From a plasmid, in sequence record NZ_CP135254.1: a stretch of 64,000 nt of DNA. The stretch is one strand, 5' to 3'. Both the position numbers and the translations under genes were made by a program. The notes under the pieces were generated by a model. The model did no database searches, was not told where the DNA came from, and saw only the letters and a program-made list of their open reading frames with translations. Numbering within the stretch: the stretch's first letter is position 1; the number at the start of each line of letters is the position of its first letter. Shown here piece by piece: positions 49,098 to 59,049 of the stretch.

Positions 49098-49390
49098 ATC
49101 GGTTGCGCCTCCGCGAGCACCTTGGCCCGGAACTTCGGCGGCAGGTCGCCGGGAGTCAGCAGATCGACGTCAACGCCGAGCAGCGATTTCAGTTCTTCTT
49201 CCAAATCGCCCAAGTCCAACAACGTGGCACCGGGCAGCGCATCGACCAACAGGTCGAGGTCGCTGCCATCCCGGTCGGTGCCATGCAGCACCGAGCCGAA
49301 GACGCGCGGGTTCGCGGCGCGAAAGCGGCCTACCGCTTCACGCACTGCGCTTCGCTTCATGTCAAGCACAACAGACGGTCGCATGCGCAT
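49094..49390 (-). CDS. mntA: MntA-like nucleotidyltransferase antitoxin
   Basis: Minimal NTase fold GS...DLDLLVD. It pairs with hepT, as in HEPN/MNT TA modules found next to Tn3-family transposition genes. Confidence 0.6.
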   Translation of the reverse strand: MRMRPSVVLDMKRSAVREAVGRFRAANPRVFGSVLHGTDRDGSDLDLLVDALPGATLLDLGDLEEELKSLLGVDVDLLTPGDLPPKFRAKVLAEAQPI

Positions 49391-49458
49391 CCTTTCTTAT
49401 CGAAACTCGTTGAGATGATATGCAATCAAGAATAGAATTTCAAGAAGAAGGAAACCGC

Positions 49459-52425
49459 ATGCCCCGCCGTTCGATCCTCTCCGCCGCCGAGCGCGAAAGC
49501 CTGCTGGCGTTGCCGGACACCAAGGATGAGTTGATCCGTCACTACACGTTCAGCGAAAGCGACCTCTCCATCATCCGGCAGCGGCGCGGCCCGGCCAATC
49601 GGCTGGGCTTCGCGGTGCAGCTCTGCTACCTGCGCTTTCCCGGCGTCATCCTTGGCGCTGATGAGCCACCGTTCCCGCCATTGCTGAGACTGGTCGCCAA
49701 CCAGCTCAAGGTCGGCATCGAAAGCTGGGACGAGTACGGGCAGCGTGAGCAGACCCGACGCGAGCACCTGGTCGAGCTGCAAACGGTGTTCGGCTTCCAG
49801 CCGTTCACGATTGGCCACTACCGGCAGGCTGTCCAGTTGCTGACCGAGCTGGCCATGCAAACCGACAAGGGCATCGTGCTGGCCAGAGCCTTGATCGAGC
49901 ACCTGCGGCGGCAGTCGGTCATTGTGCCCGCCCTCAACGCCGTCGAGCGGGCGAGCGCCGAAGCGATTACCCGCGCCAACCGGCGTCTCTACGACGCCTT
50001 GGCTGAGCCGCTGACGGACGTGCATCGCCGTCGCCTCGACGATCTGCTCAAGCGCCGCGACAACGGCAAGACGACGTGGCTGGCCTGGCTGCGGCAATCC
50101 CCGGTCAAACCGAACTCGCGGCACATGCTGGAACACATCGAACGCCTCAAGGCGTGGCAGGCGCTCGACCTGCCCTCCGGCATCGAGCGGCTGGTTCACC
50201 AGAACCGGCTGCTCAAGATCGCCCGCGAGGGCGGCCAGATGACGCCCGCCGACCTGGCGAAGTTCGAGCCGCAGCGGCGTTACGCGACCCTGGTGGCGCT
50301 CGCCATCGAGGGCATGGCCACCGTCACCGACGAAATCATCGACCTGCATGACCGCATCCTGGGCAAGCTGTTCAATGCCGCCAAGAACAAGCATCAGCAG
50401 CAGTTCCAGGCATCCGGCAAGGCGATCAATGCCAAGGTGCGGCTGTTCGGGCGCATCGGCCAGGCGCTGATCGAGGCCAAGCAAGCGGGCCGCGATCCGT
50501 TCGCCGCCATCGAGGCCGTCATGTCCTGGGATGCTTTCGCCGAGAGCGTCACCGAAGCGCAGCGGCTCGCGCAACCCGAGGACTTCGATTTCCTGCACCG
50601 CATCGGCGAGAGCTACGCCACGCTGCGCCGCTACGCGCCGGAATTTCTCGACGTGCTCAAGTTGCGGGCCGCGCCCGCCGCCAAGGACGTACTCGACGCC
50701 ATCGAGGTGCTGCGCAGCATGAACAGCGACAACGCCCGCAAGGTGCCCACCGACGCGCCGACCGAGTTCATCAAGCCGCGCTGGCAGAAGCTGGTGATGA
50801 CCGACACCGGCATCGACCGGCGCTACTACGAACTGTGCGCGCTGTCGGAGCTGAAGAACGCGCTGCGCTCCGGCGACATCTGGGTGCAAGGCTCGCGCCA
50901 GTTCAAGGACTTCGAGGACTACCTGGTGCCGCCCGCGAAATTCGCCAGCCTCAAGCAGGCCAGCGAATTGCCGCTGGCCGTGGCCACCGATTGCGACCAG
51001 TACCTGCATGACCGGCTGACGCTGCTGGAAACGCAGCTCGCCACCGTCAACCGCATGGCGCTGGCCAACGAGCTGCCGGACGCCATCATCACGGAGTCGG
51101 GCCTGAAGATCACGCCGCTCGATGCGGCGGTGCCCGATACCGCACAGGCCCTGATCGACCAGACGGCGATGATCCTACCGCACGTCAAGATCACCGAATT
51201 GCTGCTGGAGGTAGACGAATGGACGGGCTTCACCCGGCACTTCGCCCACCTGAAGTCAGGCGACCTGGCCAAGGACAAAAACCTGTTGCTGACCACGATC
51301 CTCGCCGACGCGATCAACCTGGGCCTGACCAAGATGGCGGAATCGTGCCCCGGCACGACCTACGCCAAGCTGGCCTGGCTGCAAGCCTGGCACATCCGCG
51401 ACGAAACCTACGGGGCGGCACTGGCCGAGCTGGTCAACGCGCAGTTCCGACATCCCTTCGCCGAGCATTGGGGCGACGGCACCACGTCATCGTCGGACGG
51501 CCAGAACTTCCGCACCGGCAGCAAGGCCGAGAGCACCGGCCACATCAATCCGAAATACGGCAGCAGCCCAGGGCGGACGTTCTACACCCATATCTCCGAC
51601 CAGTACGCGCCGTTCCACACCAAGGTCGTGAACGTCGGCGTGCGCGACTCGACCTACGTGCTCGACGGCCTGCTGTATCACGAATCCGACCTGCGGATCG
51701 AGGAGCACTACACCGACACGGCAGGGTTCACGGACCACGTCTTCGCGTTGATGCACCTGCTGGGCTTCCGCTTCGCCCCGCGCATTCGTGACCTGGGCGA
51801 CACCAAGCTCTACATCCCGAAGGGCGATGCCACCTACGAGGCGTTGAAACCGATGATCGGCGGCACGCTCAACATCAAGCACGTCCGCGCCCATTGGGAT
51901 GAAATCCTGCGGATGGCCACCTCGATCAAGCAGGGCACGGCGACGGCCTCGCTGATGCTCAGGAAGCTTGGCAGCTACCCGCGCCAGAACGGCCTGGCCG
52001 TCGCCCTGCGTGAGCTGGGACGCATCGAGCGCACACTGTTCATCCTGGACTGGCTGCAAAGCGTCGAGCTGCGCCGCCGCGTGCATGCCGGGCTGAACAA
52101 AGGCGAGGCGCGCAACGCGCTGGCCCGCGCCGTGTTCTTCAACCGCCTGGGGGAAATCCGCGACCGCAGCTTCGAGCAGCAGCGCTACCGGGCCAGCGGC
52201 CTCAACCTGGTGACGGCGGCCATCGTGCTATGGAACACGGTCTATCTGGAGCGGGCCGCGAACGCCTTGCGTGGCCACGGTCAAGCCGTCGATGACGGCC
52301 TGTTGCAGTACCTGTCGCCGCTCGGCTGGGAGCACATCAACCTGACCGGCGATTACCTCTGGCGCAGCAGCGCCAAGATCGGCGCGGGCAAGTTCAGGCC
52401 GCTACGGCCGCTGCAACCGGCTTAG
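49459..52425 (+). CDS. tnpA: Tn21-subfamily transposase TnpA
   Basis: From [31 protein letters not shown]..., collinear with Tn21/Tn1721 TnpA. The stop lies in the terminal IR. The listed ORF begins 13 codons further upstream. Confidence 0.85.
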   Translation: MPRRSILSAAERESLLALPDTKDELIRHYTFSESDLSIIRQRRGPANRLGFAVQLCYLRFPGVILGADEPPFPPLLRLVANQLKVGIESWDEYGQREQTRREHLVELQTVFGFQPFTIGHYRQAVQLLTELAMQTDKGIVLARALIEHLRRQSVIVPALNAVERASAEAITRANRRLYDALAEPLTDVHRRRLDDLLKRRDNGKTTWLAWLRQSPVKPNSRHMLEHIERLKAWQALDLPSGIERLVHQNRLLKIAREGGQMTPADLAKFEPQRRYATLVALAIEGMATVTDEIIDLHDRILGKLFNAAKNKHQQQFQASGKAINAKVRLFGRIGQALIEAKQAGRDPFAAIEAVMSWDAFAESVTEAQRLAQPEDFDFLHRIGESYATLRRYAPEFLDVLKLRAAPAAKDVLDAIEVLRSMNSDNARKVPTDAPTEFIKPRWQKLVMTDTGIDRRYYELCALSELKNALRSGDIWVQGSRQFKDFEDYLVPPAKFASLKQASELPLAVATDCDQYLHDRLTLLETQLATVNRMALANELPDAIITESGLKITPLDAAVPDTAQALIDQTAMILPHVKITELLLEVDEWTGFTRHFAHLKSGDLAKDKNLLLTTILADAINLGLTKMAESCPGTTYAKLAWLQAWHIRDETYGAALAELVNAQFRHPFAEHWGDGTTSSSDGQNFRTGSKAESTGHINPKYGSSPGRTFYTHISDQYAPFHTKVVNVGVRDSTYVLDGLLYHESDLRIEEHYTDTAGFTDHVFALMHLLGFRFAPRIRDLGDTKLYIPKGDATYEALKPMIGGTLNIKHVRAHWDEILRMATSIKQGTATASLMLRKLGSYPRQNGLAVALRELGRIERTLFILDWLQSVELRRRVHAGLNKGEARNALARAVFFNRLGEIRDRSFEQQRYRASGLNLVTAAIVLWNTVYLERAANALRGHGQAVDDGLLQYLSPLGWEHINLTGDYLWRSSAKIGAGKFRPLRPLQPA

Positions 52426-52437
52426 CGTGCTTTATTT
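52421..52437 (+). repeat. Outer 17 bp of the Tn21-family 38-bp IR (CTTAGCGTGCTTTATTT)
   Basis: Matches the reverse complement of the Tn21 IR end. It is interrupted at the position IS5075 and IS4321 target. Confidence 0.7.
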
Positions 52438-53764
52438 AATGAGATGGTCACTCCCTCCTTCCCGGTATTATGCTGAGGACAGGCTTTCATTCGGAGAACT
52501 ATCATGGAAAACATTGCGCTCATTGGTATCGATCTGGGTAAAAACTCTTTCCATATTCATTGCCAGGATCGTCGCGGGAAGGCTGTTTACCGTAAAAAAT
52601 TTACCCGGCCAAAGTTGATCGAATTTTTGGCGACATGCCCCGCTACAACCATCGCAATGGAAGCCTGTGGCGGTTCTCACTTTATGGCACGCAAGTTGGA
52701 AGAGTTGGGGCATTCCCCAAAGCTGATATCACCACAATTTGTCCGCCCGTTCGTTAAAAGCAATAAAAACGACTTTGTCGACGCCGAAGCTATTTGTGAA
52801 GCTGCATCGCGTCCGTCTATGCGTTTTGTGCAGCCCAGAACGGAATCTCAGCAGGCAATGCGGGCTCTGCATCGTGTCCGTGAATCCCTGGTTCAGGATA
52901 AGGTAAAAACAACCAATCAAATGCATGCTTTTCTGCTGGAATTTGGCATTAGCGTTCCCCGAGGAGCTGCCGTTATTAGCCGACTGAGTACCATTCTTGA
53001 GGATAATAGTTTGCCTCTTTACCTCAGCCAGTTATTGCTGAAATTACAACAGCATTATCACTATCTTGTTGAGCAGATTAAAGATTTGGAATCCCAGTTG
53101 AAACGAAAGTTGGACGAAGATGAGGTTGGACAGCGCTTGCTGAGCATTCCCTGCGTCGGAACACTGACAGCGAGTACTATTTCAACTGAGATTGGCGACG
53201 GGAAGCAGTACGCCAGCAGCCGTGACTTTGCGGCGGCAACAGGGCTTGTACCTCGGCAGTACAGCACGGGAGGTAGGACGACATTGCTGGGAATTAGTAA
53301 GCGAGGTAATAAAAAGATCCGAACTTTGTTGGTTCAATGTGCCAGGGTATTCATACAAAAACTGGAACACCAGTCTGGCAAATTGGCCGATTGGGTCAGG
53401 GATTTACTGTGCCGGAAAAGCAACTTTGTCGTCACTTGTGCTCTGGCAAACAAGCTGGCCAGAATAGCCTGGGCCCTAACGGCACGACAGCAAACTTATG
53501 TAGCATAACGGCAGAAATACACCGGTTTAAAGAATTACTGATCTGGTTTTGCGAATACTGATATTGATGATACTAACGGCCCACCGGCCTGTTGAGGAAC
53601 CTGTAAAACGGAAAGGCTCATTGAAGCCGTATATTTTCTGGAGGTTCATCAGGCGCGGAACTCATCAAGGCGCGGGAATAAAATCCCATTCAGACGCCGG
53701 ATAGATTCAAGCAAGCCAACTTGTCGTCAAAATCGGTGTTGCAAAAACGGGAGTGACCATAGAT
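52438..53764 (+). mobile_element. IS110-family insertion sequence (IS5075/IS4321-like, 1327 bp) inserted site-specifically in the Tn21-family IR
   Basis: 1327 bp lie between the two IR parts. This IS group is known to target Tn21-family IRs at exactly this position. Confidence 0.75.
52504..53508 (+). CDS. tnpA: IS110-family transposase (IS5075-like)
   Basis: 334 aa (MENIALIGIDLGKNSFHIHC...), with the DEDD IS110 family N-terminus. Confidence 0.8.
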   Translation: MENIALIGIDLGKNSFHIHCQDRRGKAVYRKKFTRPKLIEFLATCPATTIAMEACGGSHFMARKLEELGHSPKLISPQFVRPFVKSNKNDFVDAEAICEAASRPSMRFVQPRTESQQAMRALHRVRESLVQDKVKTTNQMHAFLLEFGISVPRGAAVISRLSTILEDNSLPLYLSQLLLKLQQHYHYLVEQIKDLESQLKRKLDEDEVGQRLLSIPCVGTLTASTISTEIGDGKQYASSRDFAAATGLVPRQYSTGGRTTLLGISKRGNKKIRTLLVQCARVFIQKLEHQSGKLADWVRDLLCRKSNFVVTCALANKLARIAWALTARQQTYVA

Positions 53765-53785
53765 TCCGTTTTCTGAGGCGACCCC
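53765..53785 (+). repeat. Inner 21 bp of the Tn21-family IR (TCCGTTTTCTGAGGCGACCCC, one mismatch)
   Basis: Completes the 38-bp IR together with 52421-52437. Confidence 0.7.
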
Positions 53786-53906
53786 TATCTGGATAGCAAC
53801 CTGTTTTAGCTCAGGAGGGAGGTGTTCCAGATTGATATGATTATCACCCGAAATGTCATCATCCGGACTTTCGAAGAGCCAGCCGTAACTCATAAGGTCT
53901 CCTGTT

Positions 53907-54110
53907 CTATTTCACAAATTTCCAGACACCTGACGGTACCCGGTCATACAACTTTCCCATCGTCATCTCCGCCAGCCGGTGATCAACCGCGGCATTGAAA
54001 TGCTCAAGCTCATCATCTGACAGAGAATATTTATTTTTTTCTATAATCCTTTCCAGGGTTTCCTTCGATGTACAGCGCCGTAGTCGTAAAATCCATTCCT
54101 GTTTCGTCAT
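53907..54110 (-). CDS. Hypothetical 67-aa protein
   Basis: ORF. Last gene of a five-gene minus-strand cluster. Confidence 0.3.
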   Translation of the reverse strand: MTKQEWILRLRRCTSKETLERIIEKNKYSLSDDELEHFNAAVDHRLAEMTMGKLYDRVPSGVWKFVK

Positions 54111-54143
54111 TGGTTTTTTATATCCTTAGGTGTCCCGGTAGTT

Positions 54144-54515
54144 TCATTTTGGAAGAAGCTTTCCTTTCAGCCAGTTATGAGTGAACCATTTTGCATATAT
54201 GATGTAACCCACAAAAGTTAAGAGTGCGGACAGACTATATATCCGGAGAACAGGTACCACGTGATGAAAACGTATCATCTGACCGGATTCATCTGCCAGA
54301 CTCATTAATACATTGCTGTATGTTTCAGTCTGAAAAAACTCGTAGTAAGGTACCATCACAACATGAAGAAAAAATAAATTAAGCAGATACGTCAGAGAAA
54401 ACGCGTGTTCCTGCCCGTTATAGGGCGCATACTGCGCAAAGGCGAACATCCATCCGGTGAAAAGCAGAAAACACATCGTTAAATACACCACCACCCATAT
54501 CGCTGTTTTCATCAC
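54144..54515 (-). CDS. Hypothetical membrane protein (123 aa, 3-4 TM segments)
   Basis: Hydrophobic segments in the ORF translation. Confidence 0.35.
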   Translation of the reverse strand: MMKTAIWVVVYLTMCFLLFTGWMFAFAQYAPYNGQEHAFSLTYLLNLFFLHVVMVPYYEFFQTETYSNVLMSLADESGQMIRFHHVVPVLRIYSLSALLTFVGYIIYAKWFTHNWLKGKLLPK

Positions 54516-54555
54516 TGCCCCTCAGTTATATAATTTTTCTGTAACGCAAATTTCT

Positions 54556-55050
54556 TCAGGCGTTATGGCCCGTGCCGTTCTGCTTCAGATAATCACTGAT
54601 GCTCAGGCCGGACAAGCGAATTTTATCAGAAATCTCCCTGAACTGCTCCTCCCAGCCGTCCTGCAGCTCCCTGATTGCCGCGATCTGGAAAGCAACACTG
54701 AAAGGCGTTCTGCCCAGTTTCTCGGAAAGCCAGAACAGATGCCTGCCAATCTCTTCGTCCGGTACCGAATCGAGCGCATCACTCAGTAAGGTTTTTTCGT
54801 CTTCCTGCCAGGGATGACCGGCTCGCGGAAAACGCGGATCAGGCTGGCGGTCTTTTTTCTCCCTTTTTTCCCGTCTGGCAACGGTCGGCGCATCGCCTTT
54901 TTTCAAGCCGACGCGCGCTTTCATGGCGCCGATAGCGGCGACGGCCAGTACCAGCGTTTCACGCTCCTGGCGCGTGAGCAGGCTGTCCTCGCAAATCAGG
55001 GTGTTCAGGTTATCGATCAGCTTATTCAGCCCGGGTTCAGTGACTTTCAT
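54556..55050 (-). CDS. Hypothetical 164-aa protein
   Basis: ORF only. Confidence 0.3.
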   Translation of the reverse strand: MKVTEPGLNKLIDNLNTLICEDSLLTRQERETLVLAVAAIGAMKARVGLKKGDAPTVARREKREKKDRQPDPRFPRAGHPWQEDEKTLLSDALDSVPDEEIGRHLFWLSEKLGRTPFSVAFQIAAIRELQDGWEEQFREISDKIRLSGLSISDYLKQNGTGHNA

Positions 55051-55080
55051 TTTATGCTCATATTCCTTGTGTGGTGGCGA

Positions 55081-55653
55081 TCAGTCCCGGCTCTCATTCA
55101 CCTGGACGGTGACCGGCAGGCCTGCATCAAAACAGGCCTGATACCAGCTGGCCACCTGCAGGGGATCGCCCTCTTTTATCCGGCGTATGCCGCCGGCATC
55201 CGTCAGCTGCAGGCAGGTGGTACCGTCCAGACGGATCACGTAGGCCGCTTCCCTGATCGTGTAATGGCCGTCATCCAGCTGCAGCTCCACCGCGTCACCG
55301 GCAGCCGTCTGGCGTAACGGCAGACGCCGGACGTCTGTCAGTCGTTTTCGTGCCGTTTCAGCCTCGCGTGCTTCCTGGAAGAGCGGTTCTGCAGTGCAGC
55401 GACCGGCCTCCGTCAGCTCGACGGCCAGCTGCAGGTTCGGGGCGCGCAGGGTGCGCAGCCAGCCCGCGGCTTCCATGCGCCGGCAGGAGGCGCGCAGGTT
55501 CGGCCCGTACACCGGGGCGTCCCCGCCCTGCTCCAGCACCCGCTCAATATCCCGCGTCGCCACCGGGCCCGGCCGTTTCGCATCAAGGGCGGCCAGCACA
55601 ATCAGCACCCGGCGCTGCAGCGGCGACGGACGTCGGGATTTTTCCCGCATCAT
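55081..55653 (-). CDS. Hypothetical 190-aa protein
   Basis: ORF. Overlaps the upstream gene by 4 bp. Confidence 0.3.
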   Translation of the reverse strand: MMREKSRRPSPLQRRVLIVLAALDAKRPGPVATRDIERVLEQGGDAPVYGPNLRASCRRMEAAGWLRTLRAPNLQLAVELTEAGRCTAEPLFQEAREAETARKRLTDVRRLPLRQTAAGDAVELQLDDGHYTIREAAYVIRLDGTTCLQLTDAGGIRRIKEGDPLQVASWYQACFDAGLPVTVQVNESRD

Positions 55654-55907
55654 TGTCCCTCATTCCTCTGGGAAATGAGCGTTTTAAGCCGTTTATAGTC
55701 TGCTTCGACCCGTGTTGTGGCCAGGCCAGTGTGTCCACGCAGCGCCAGGAGATACCAGAAGCGGAGGATGTCATGAGCCTTGTTCACTTCCCAGACATAA
55801 TGGGTGCCATCCCTGCGAAAATCGCATTGCTTTATTTCCTCTTCTGCCATCTGCGTCATCTGCTCATAGCTGAGCGAAAACAACATATCTTCATACATCC
55901 TGCACAC
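55650..55907 (-). CDS. Hypothetical 85-aa protein, first gene of the cluster
   Basis: ORF. An AT-rich region with palindromic repeats lies upstream. Confidence 0.3.
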   Translation of the reverse strand: MCRMYEDMLFSLSYEQMTQMAEEEIKQCDFRRDGTHYVWEVNKAHDILRFWYLLALRGHTGLATTRVEADYKRLKTLISQRNEGQ

Positions 55908-56322
55908 TCCGTCTGAACATGTCCGGTTTAATCAAAAATCATACTTCGTATAATTTACATCACATTTAGAAAACATCATATCAGATATGATTTTATAATT
56001 AATGAAAAATATCACATTCAGTATGATTTTATGTACTTGGCTTGATTATCATATCCTTTGCGCGTTTCCCGCCGTGCAGATCCGAAAATTGTCTTAAGCG
56101 GATCCGCACGTCTTCTTTTATGAATGGTAGTCCCCCTATACCGTAATTTTTCTGCCCCTCTGTGCATTACAAGCCGTTGTTTAACATTCTCAATCGTTTA
56201 TGCTTTGAGGGTCTGTCAGCACAGCGACAGATACATCGTCCAGCCGGGCATTCTGTCCGGGGGACAAAACATCAAAACGATGGAGATTAAGCCTATGGCT
56301 TATGTTAATCCTTATATGAAAG

Positions 56323-57024
56323 GTGGTGGAAAATATGAGTTCAAAATCAGGGGTAAACCCAAACGACGAAGTTAATCAGACTGTTGAAACTTCTCTAAAT
56401 GCAGGCATGAATGAACAGGACGTGGCATCTCTCGATAAAATCGGGAAGTTACAGGACGAACAGCTCCAGCGGTGCGGAATGACTGTGCCATCAGGAACTG
56501 AGGTGTTCCGGCTTCAGCTCGGTAGTCACGGCGGAAGCAGTGTCTTTTTCAATCGTAATGGCGAGGATTGCCGTTACAGTCTTAATGATGGTGAGAATGG
56601 CTCTATGTACGTGGCCAAAACTCCCGACACGGCAATGAAGGAAGTTTTTCAGCATAAAACAGGGCTCAGGGAATCAGATCTCGATAATTACATAATGGGT
56701 ACAGTAGTCATTGAGAAAGATATTCGGGTCCTTCAGGTCAGTAAGCTGATTAAATGCAGTGATTTAAGGTTGAATGATGTAACAACTTCAACACGTGCAG
56801 TGACTCATCAACTGGCTGAAAAAGTTCATTCAGCAGGGTTTGATGGAATGGAGTTTCCGTCAAATGTCACCAGTGACCCATGCCTTGTGCTATGGCATGA
56901 CGATCCGGCCGGAACCGGGATGGCCATAACCCGGAGCCAGACAAGTCTCAGTCAGTTTGAGTATCAGGGTAAGGAAGCGGCAGATATTCTTGTTTATGAC
57001 CTGGGAATTCCTGTTGAGGAATAA
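56323..57024 (+). CDS. RES-domain protein (candidate NAD+-targeting toxin)
   Basis: Pattern ...GGSSVFFNRNG...YVAKTPDTAMKEV...FDGMEFPS...CLVLW fits the RES domain's Arg/Glu/Ser signature blocks. A preceding RBS is present. Confidence 0.45.
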   Translation: MVENMSSKSGVNPNDEVNQTVETSLNAGMNEQDVASLDKIGKLQDEQLQRCGMTVPSGTEVFRLQLGSHGGSSVFFNRNGEDCRYSLNDGENGSMYVAKTPDTAMKEVFQHKTGLRESDLDNYIMGTVVIEKDIRVLQVSKLIKCSDLRLNDVTTSTRAVTHQLAEKVHSAGFDGMEFPSNVTSDPCLVLWHDDPAGTGMAITRSQTSLSQFEYQGKEAADILVYDLGIPVEE

Positions 57025-57055
57025 TTGATAAAGGGGGGGCAAGCACCCCCTTTCA

Positions 57056-57745
57056 TTAAACGGCGTTCTGTGTGCCATAGTTGCGAGCCAGCCGGCGTAA
57101 TTCATTCATCACTTTTTCATCCGGATTGCCTTTCAGAACCTCGGCGACGGTAAACGAACGCCCTGCAGGGTTCAGCCCATCCAGGACAGTATTTCTCTGT
57201 TCCATAAAGAAAGAATACTTCATTCGGTCACTGAAGCTGCTCAGCATAGTCAGCAGTTCGGCCACACCCCGGAGCACGCCTTTGTCCGAGATCCCTTCCT
57301 CATCAGTAAACTGAAACACCGGGTAGTAAAACTCACCGTCAATATCAAGAGCAAGTAACTGATCGGTATCTTTCCAGGTTTTAACTGTGGGTTTACTCTT
57401 GCCCACCATTTCTGCAGCTTTAGCTGAGGTGTAAACCCCGCCGTCATTTTCCAGTCTCTGAAGGAAAAGGGCCTTACTGTGTAAACGTCGCTGCTGACGT
57501 TTTTTTTCAGGCGTCAGGCTGTTAACTGCGCGATTTTCAAGTAACTTCAGGATGACATCCATGGTAAAAACCGCATCGGTATTCCCCATACTTTCAGGAG
57601 CAATCGGTGTTTTACCTGACCGAACTTCCTCTACCAGATCCTGAAAAAAATTCTCAAGACGCTCTGCAGCAATGCTGTTGTCCAAAAAATTATGCATAGT
57701 GGAGGAACGATCATTACCGTTTCGTTTTTGAGTTGATGTGTTCAT
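57056..57745 (-). CDS. Hypothetical HTH-containing protein (229 aa), convergent with the RES gene
   Basis: Probable HTH segment (GVYTSAKAAEMVGKSKPTVKTW) followed by a C-terminal domain. Could be an Xre-like RES antitoxin; see findings. Confidence 0.35.
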   Translation of the reverse strand: MNTSTQKRNGNDRSSTMHNFLDNSIAAERLENFFQDLVEEVRSGKTPIAPESMGNTDAVFTMDVILKLLENRAVNSLTPEKKRQQRRLHSKALFLQRLENDGGVYTSAKAAEMVGKSKPTVKTWKDTDQLLALDIDGEFYYPVFQFTDEEGISDKGVLRGVAELLTMLSSFSDRMKYSFFMEQRNTVLDGLNPAGRSFTVAEVLKGNPDEKVMNELRRLARNYGTQNAV

Positions 57746-58274
57746 AAAACCTCCTTTTCGATTTCATGCTTTATAGACTACGTTAAATCGTTAAGTTGTG
57801 CAAGTTTTGTTCTCACCCCACCTTTTATAGTTTTTAACTATTGATTATTGAATTTTCTTCGGTATTAATTATTTCGTCATTTGAGATCCGAAAAAAGGTT
57901 GTTCCGGATCTGCTTTCCGGCCTCCGGTGCGCAGCGGCCCGGAAACACAAGATGTAGCGTGTTTATCAGCTGACGTTGACGCTATATGTTGTGTCTCCCC
58001 TCTGCCCCGTGACCGCCCGCTCACCACCGGAAAACGCCGCTTTGCTTATTCCCTGACCGTGGTACACTTCCGGAAACTGTGAAATAACGGAAAAGTCGGA
58101 TCACCATAAAACGGGCTTCCGGTAATTTATTAGTGTGGTTATATGTCTGCTTACTATCACTCTTAAAATGATAATGAAATGGGATAATCATCCTGGTGAC
58201 AGACTCAGGGTTGCGCTCAGTAGATTGTGCTGCGCGTCATAATTACTCTGAGTGACTATTTAAGGAATGATGTG

Positions 58275-58592
58275 ATGGATGAAGAAGAACCGGTACCTCA
58301 AAAATTTGACAGCCTTAATGATCTTCTCAATGAACTGAACCGGGCTGGCCACCCAAATGACCAGATATGGTTTTATGGTGCCAACGGCGATTACAGTGAA
58401 CCGGTCGCATTTCTGGCAGTGGACTCGCGTTTAATCGCAGAACGCCGTGATGATGGCTCATGGTGGACCGTCGACGGATACGGGGATGCTAATGATCCGC
58501 GTATGCCTGAACCGGAGGATGCCTGGGATGTTGAATCGTATCGCGGTCAACTGGATATGTGGTTTGATAACGGAATCCGAGAAAATGAATGA
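58275..58592 (+). CDS. Hypothetical acidic protein (105 aa)
   Basis: ORF from MDEEEPVP. No recognisable domain. Confidence 0.3.
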   Translation: MDEEEPVPQKFDSLNDLLNELNRAGHPNDQIWFYGANGDYSEPVAFLAVDSRLIAERRDDGSWWTVDGYGDANDPRMPEPEDAWDVESYRGQLDMWFDNGIRENE

Positions 58593-58713
58593 TGGCTGGC
58601 GGGATTTCTAAACAACAATGGAATAAAGGTTTAGTCAGCTTACTCGCGAACTTCAGCTACCCCGATCTGACTGACTCATCCAGGGGCATTACAATAAAAT
58701 AAGGAATGTAGTT

Positions 58714-59049
58714 ATGAATGATATTCAGAACTCTGTGTCAGAACAAATGATTGCCCTGCTGACACGCTGCCTGCAGCTGCAGTCTGAAAAAGACGGTATT
58801 TCACGCCCGATGCCTGACAAAGCCCCGGTAGGTCTGTCTGATACCTTTGATGACTTTGCCCGCCAGATCCACCAGGCCTGCCTGTACGCGTCGATGACCG
58901 ACAGCCTGTTAGCACTTCAGAACCGCCTGGCAGATGCCGGCCGGCAGCTGGAACAGCGTGGTCAGCTCCACGTCGAATACGGTGATAGCTATGCCGCCGC
59001 CGCGCTTGCCTGGCTTGAACGAACCACGGGCACGGTGAAAAGCCAATGA
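58714..59049 (+). CDS. Hypothetical 111-aa protein, translationally coupled to the downstream recombinase
   Basis: An RBS-like ggaatg precedes it. Its stop overlaps the start of the next gene. Confidence 0.35.
   Translation: MNDIQNSVSEQMIALLTRCLQLQSEKDGISRPMPDKAPVGLSDTFDDFARQIHQACLYASMTDSLLALQNRLADAGRQLEQRGQLHVEYGDSYAAAALAWLERTTGTVKSQ

Larger units (their letters stand above)
47640..53785. mobile_element. Tn21-subfamily (Tn3 family) transposon remnant: cargo with a TA pair, then tnpA, then a terminal IR interrupted by IS5075; the other end and tnpR are missing
   Basis: Sharp rise in GC content from about 47640. The TnpA is of the Tn21/Tn1721 type. The 38-bp Tn21-type IR is split 17 + 21 bp by the IS110-family element. 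No second IR was found. Confidence 0.5.

Noticed and set aside
49426-51009. 527-aa antisense ORF inside the Tn21-family tnpA, plus several other 60-200 aa antisense ORFs in 49600-52100
   Set aside because: This is a high-GC region and open antisense frames are expected by chance. The translation is Arg/Gly/Leu-rich and repetitive, and the sense strand encodes a full-length, well-conserved transposase.
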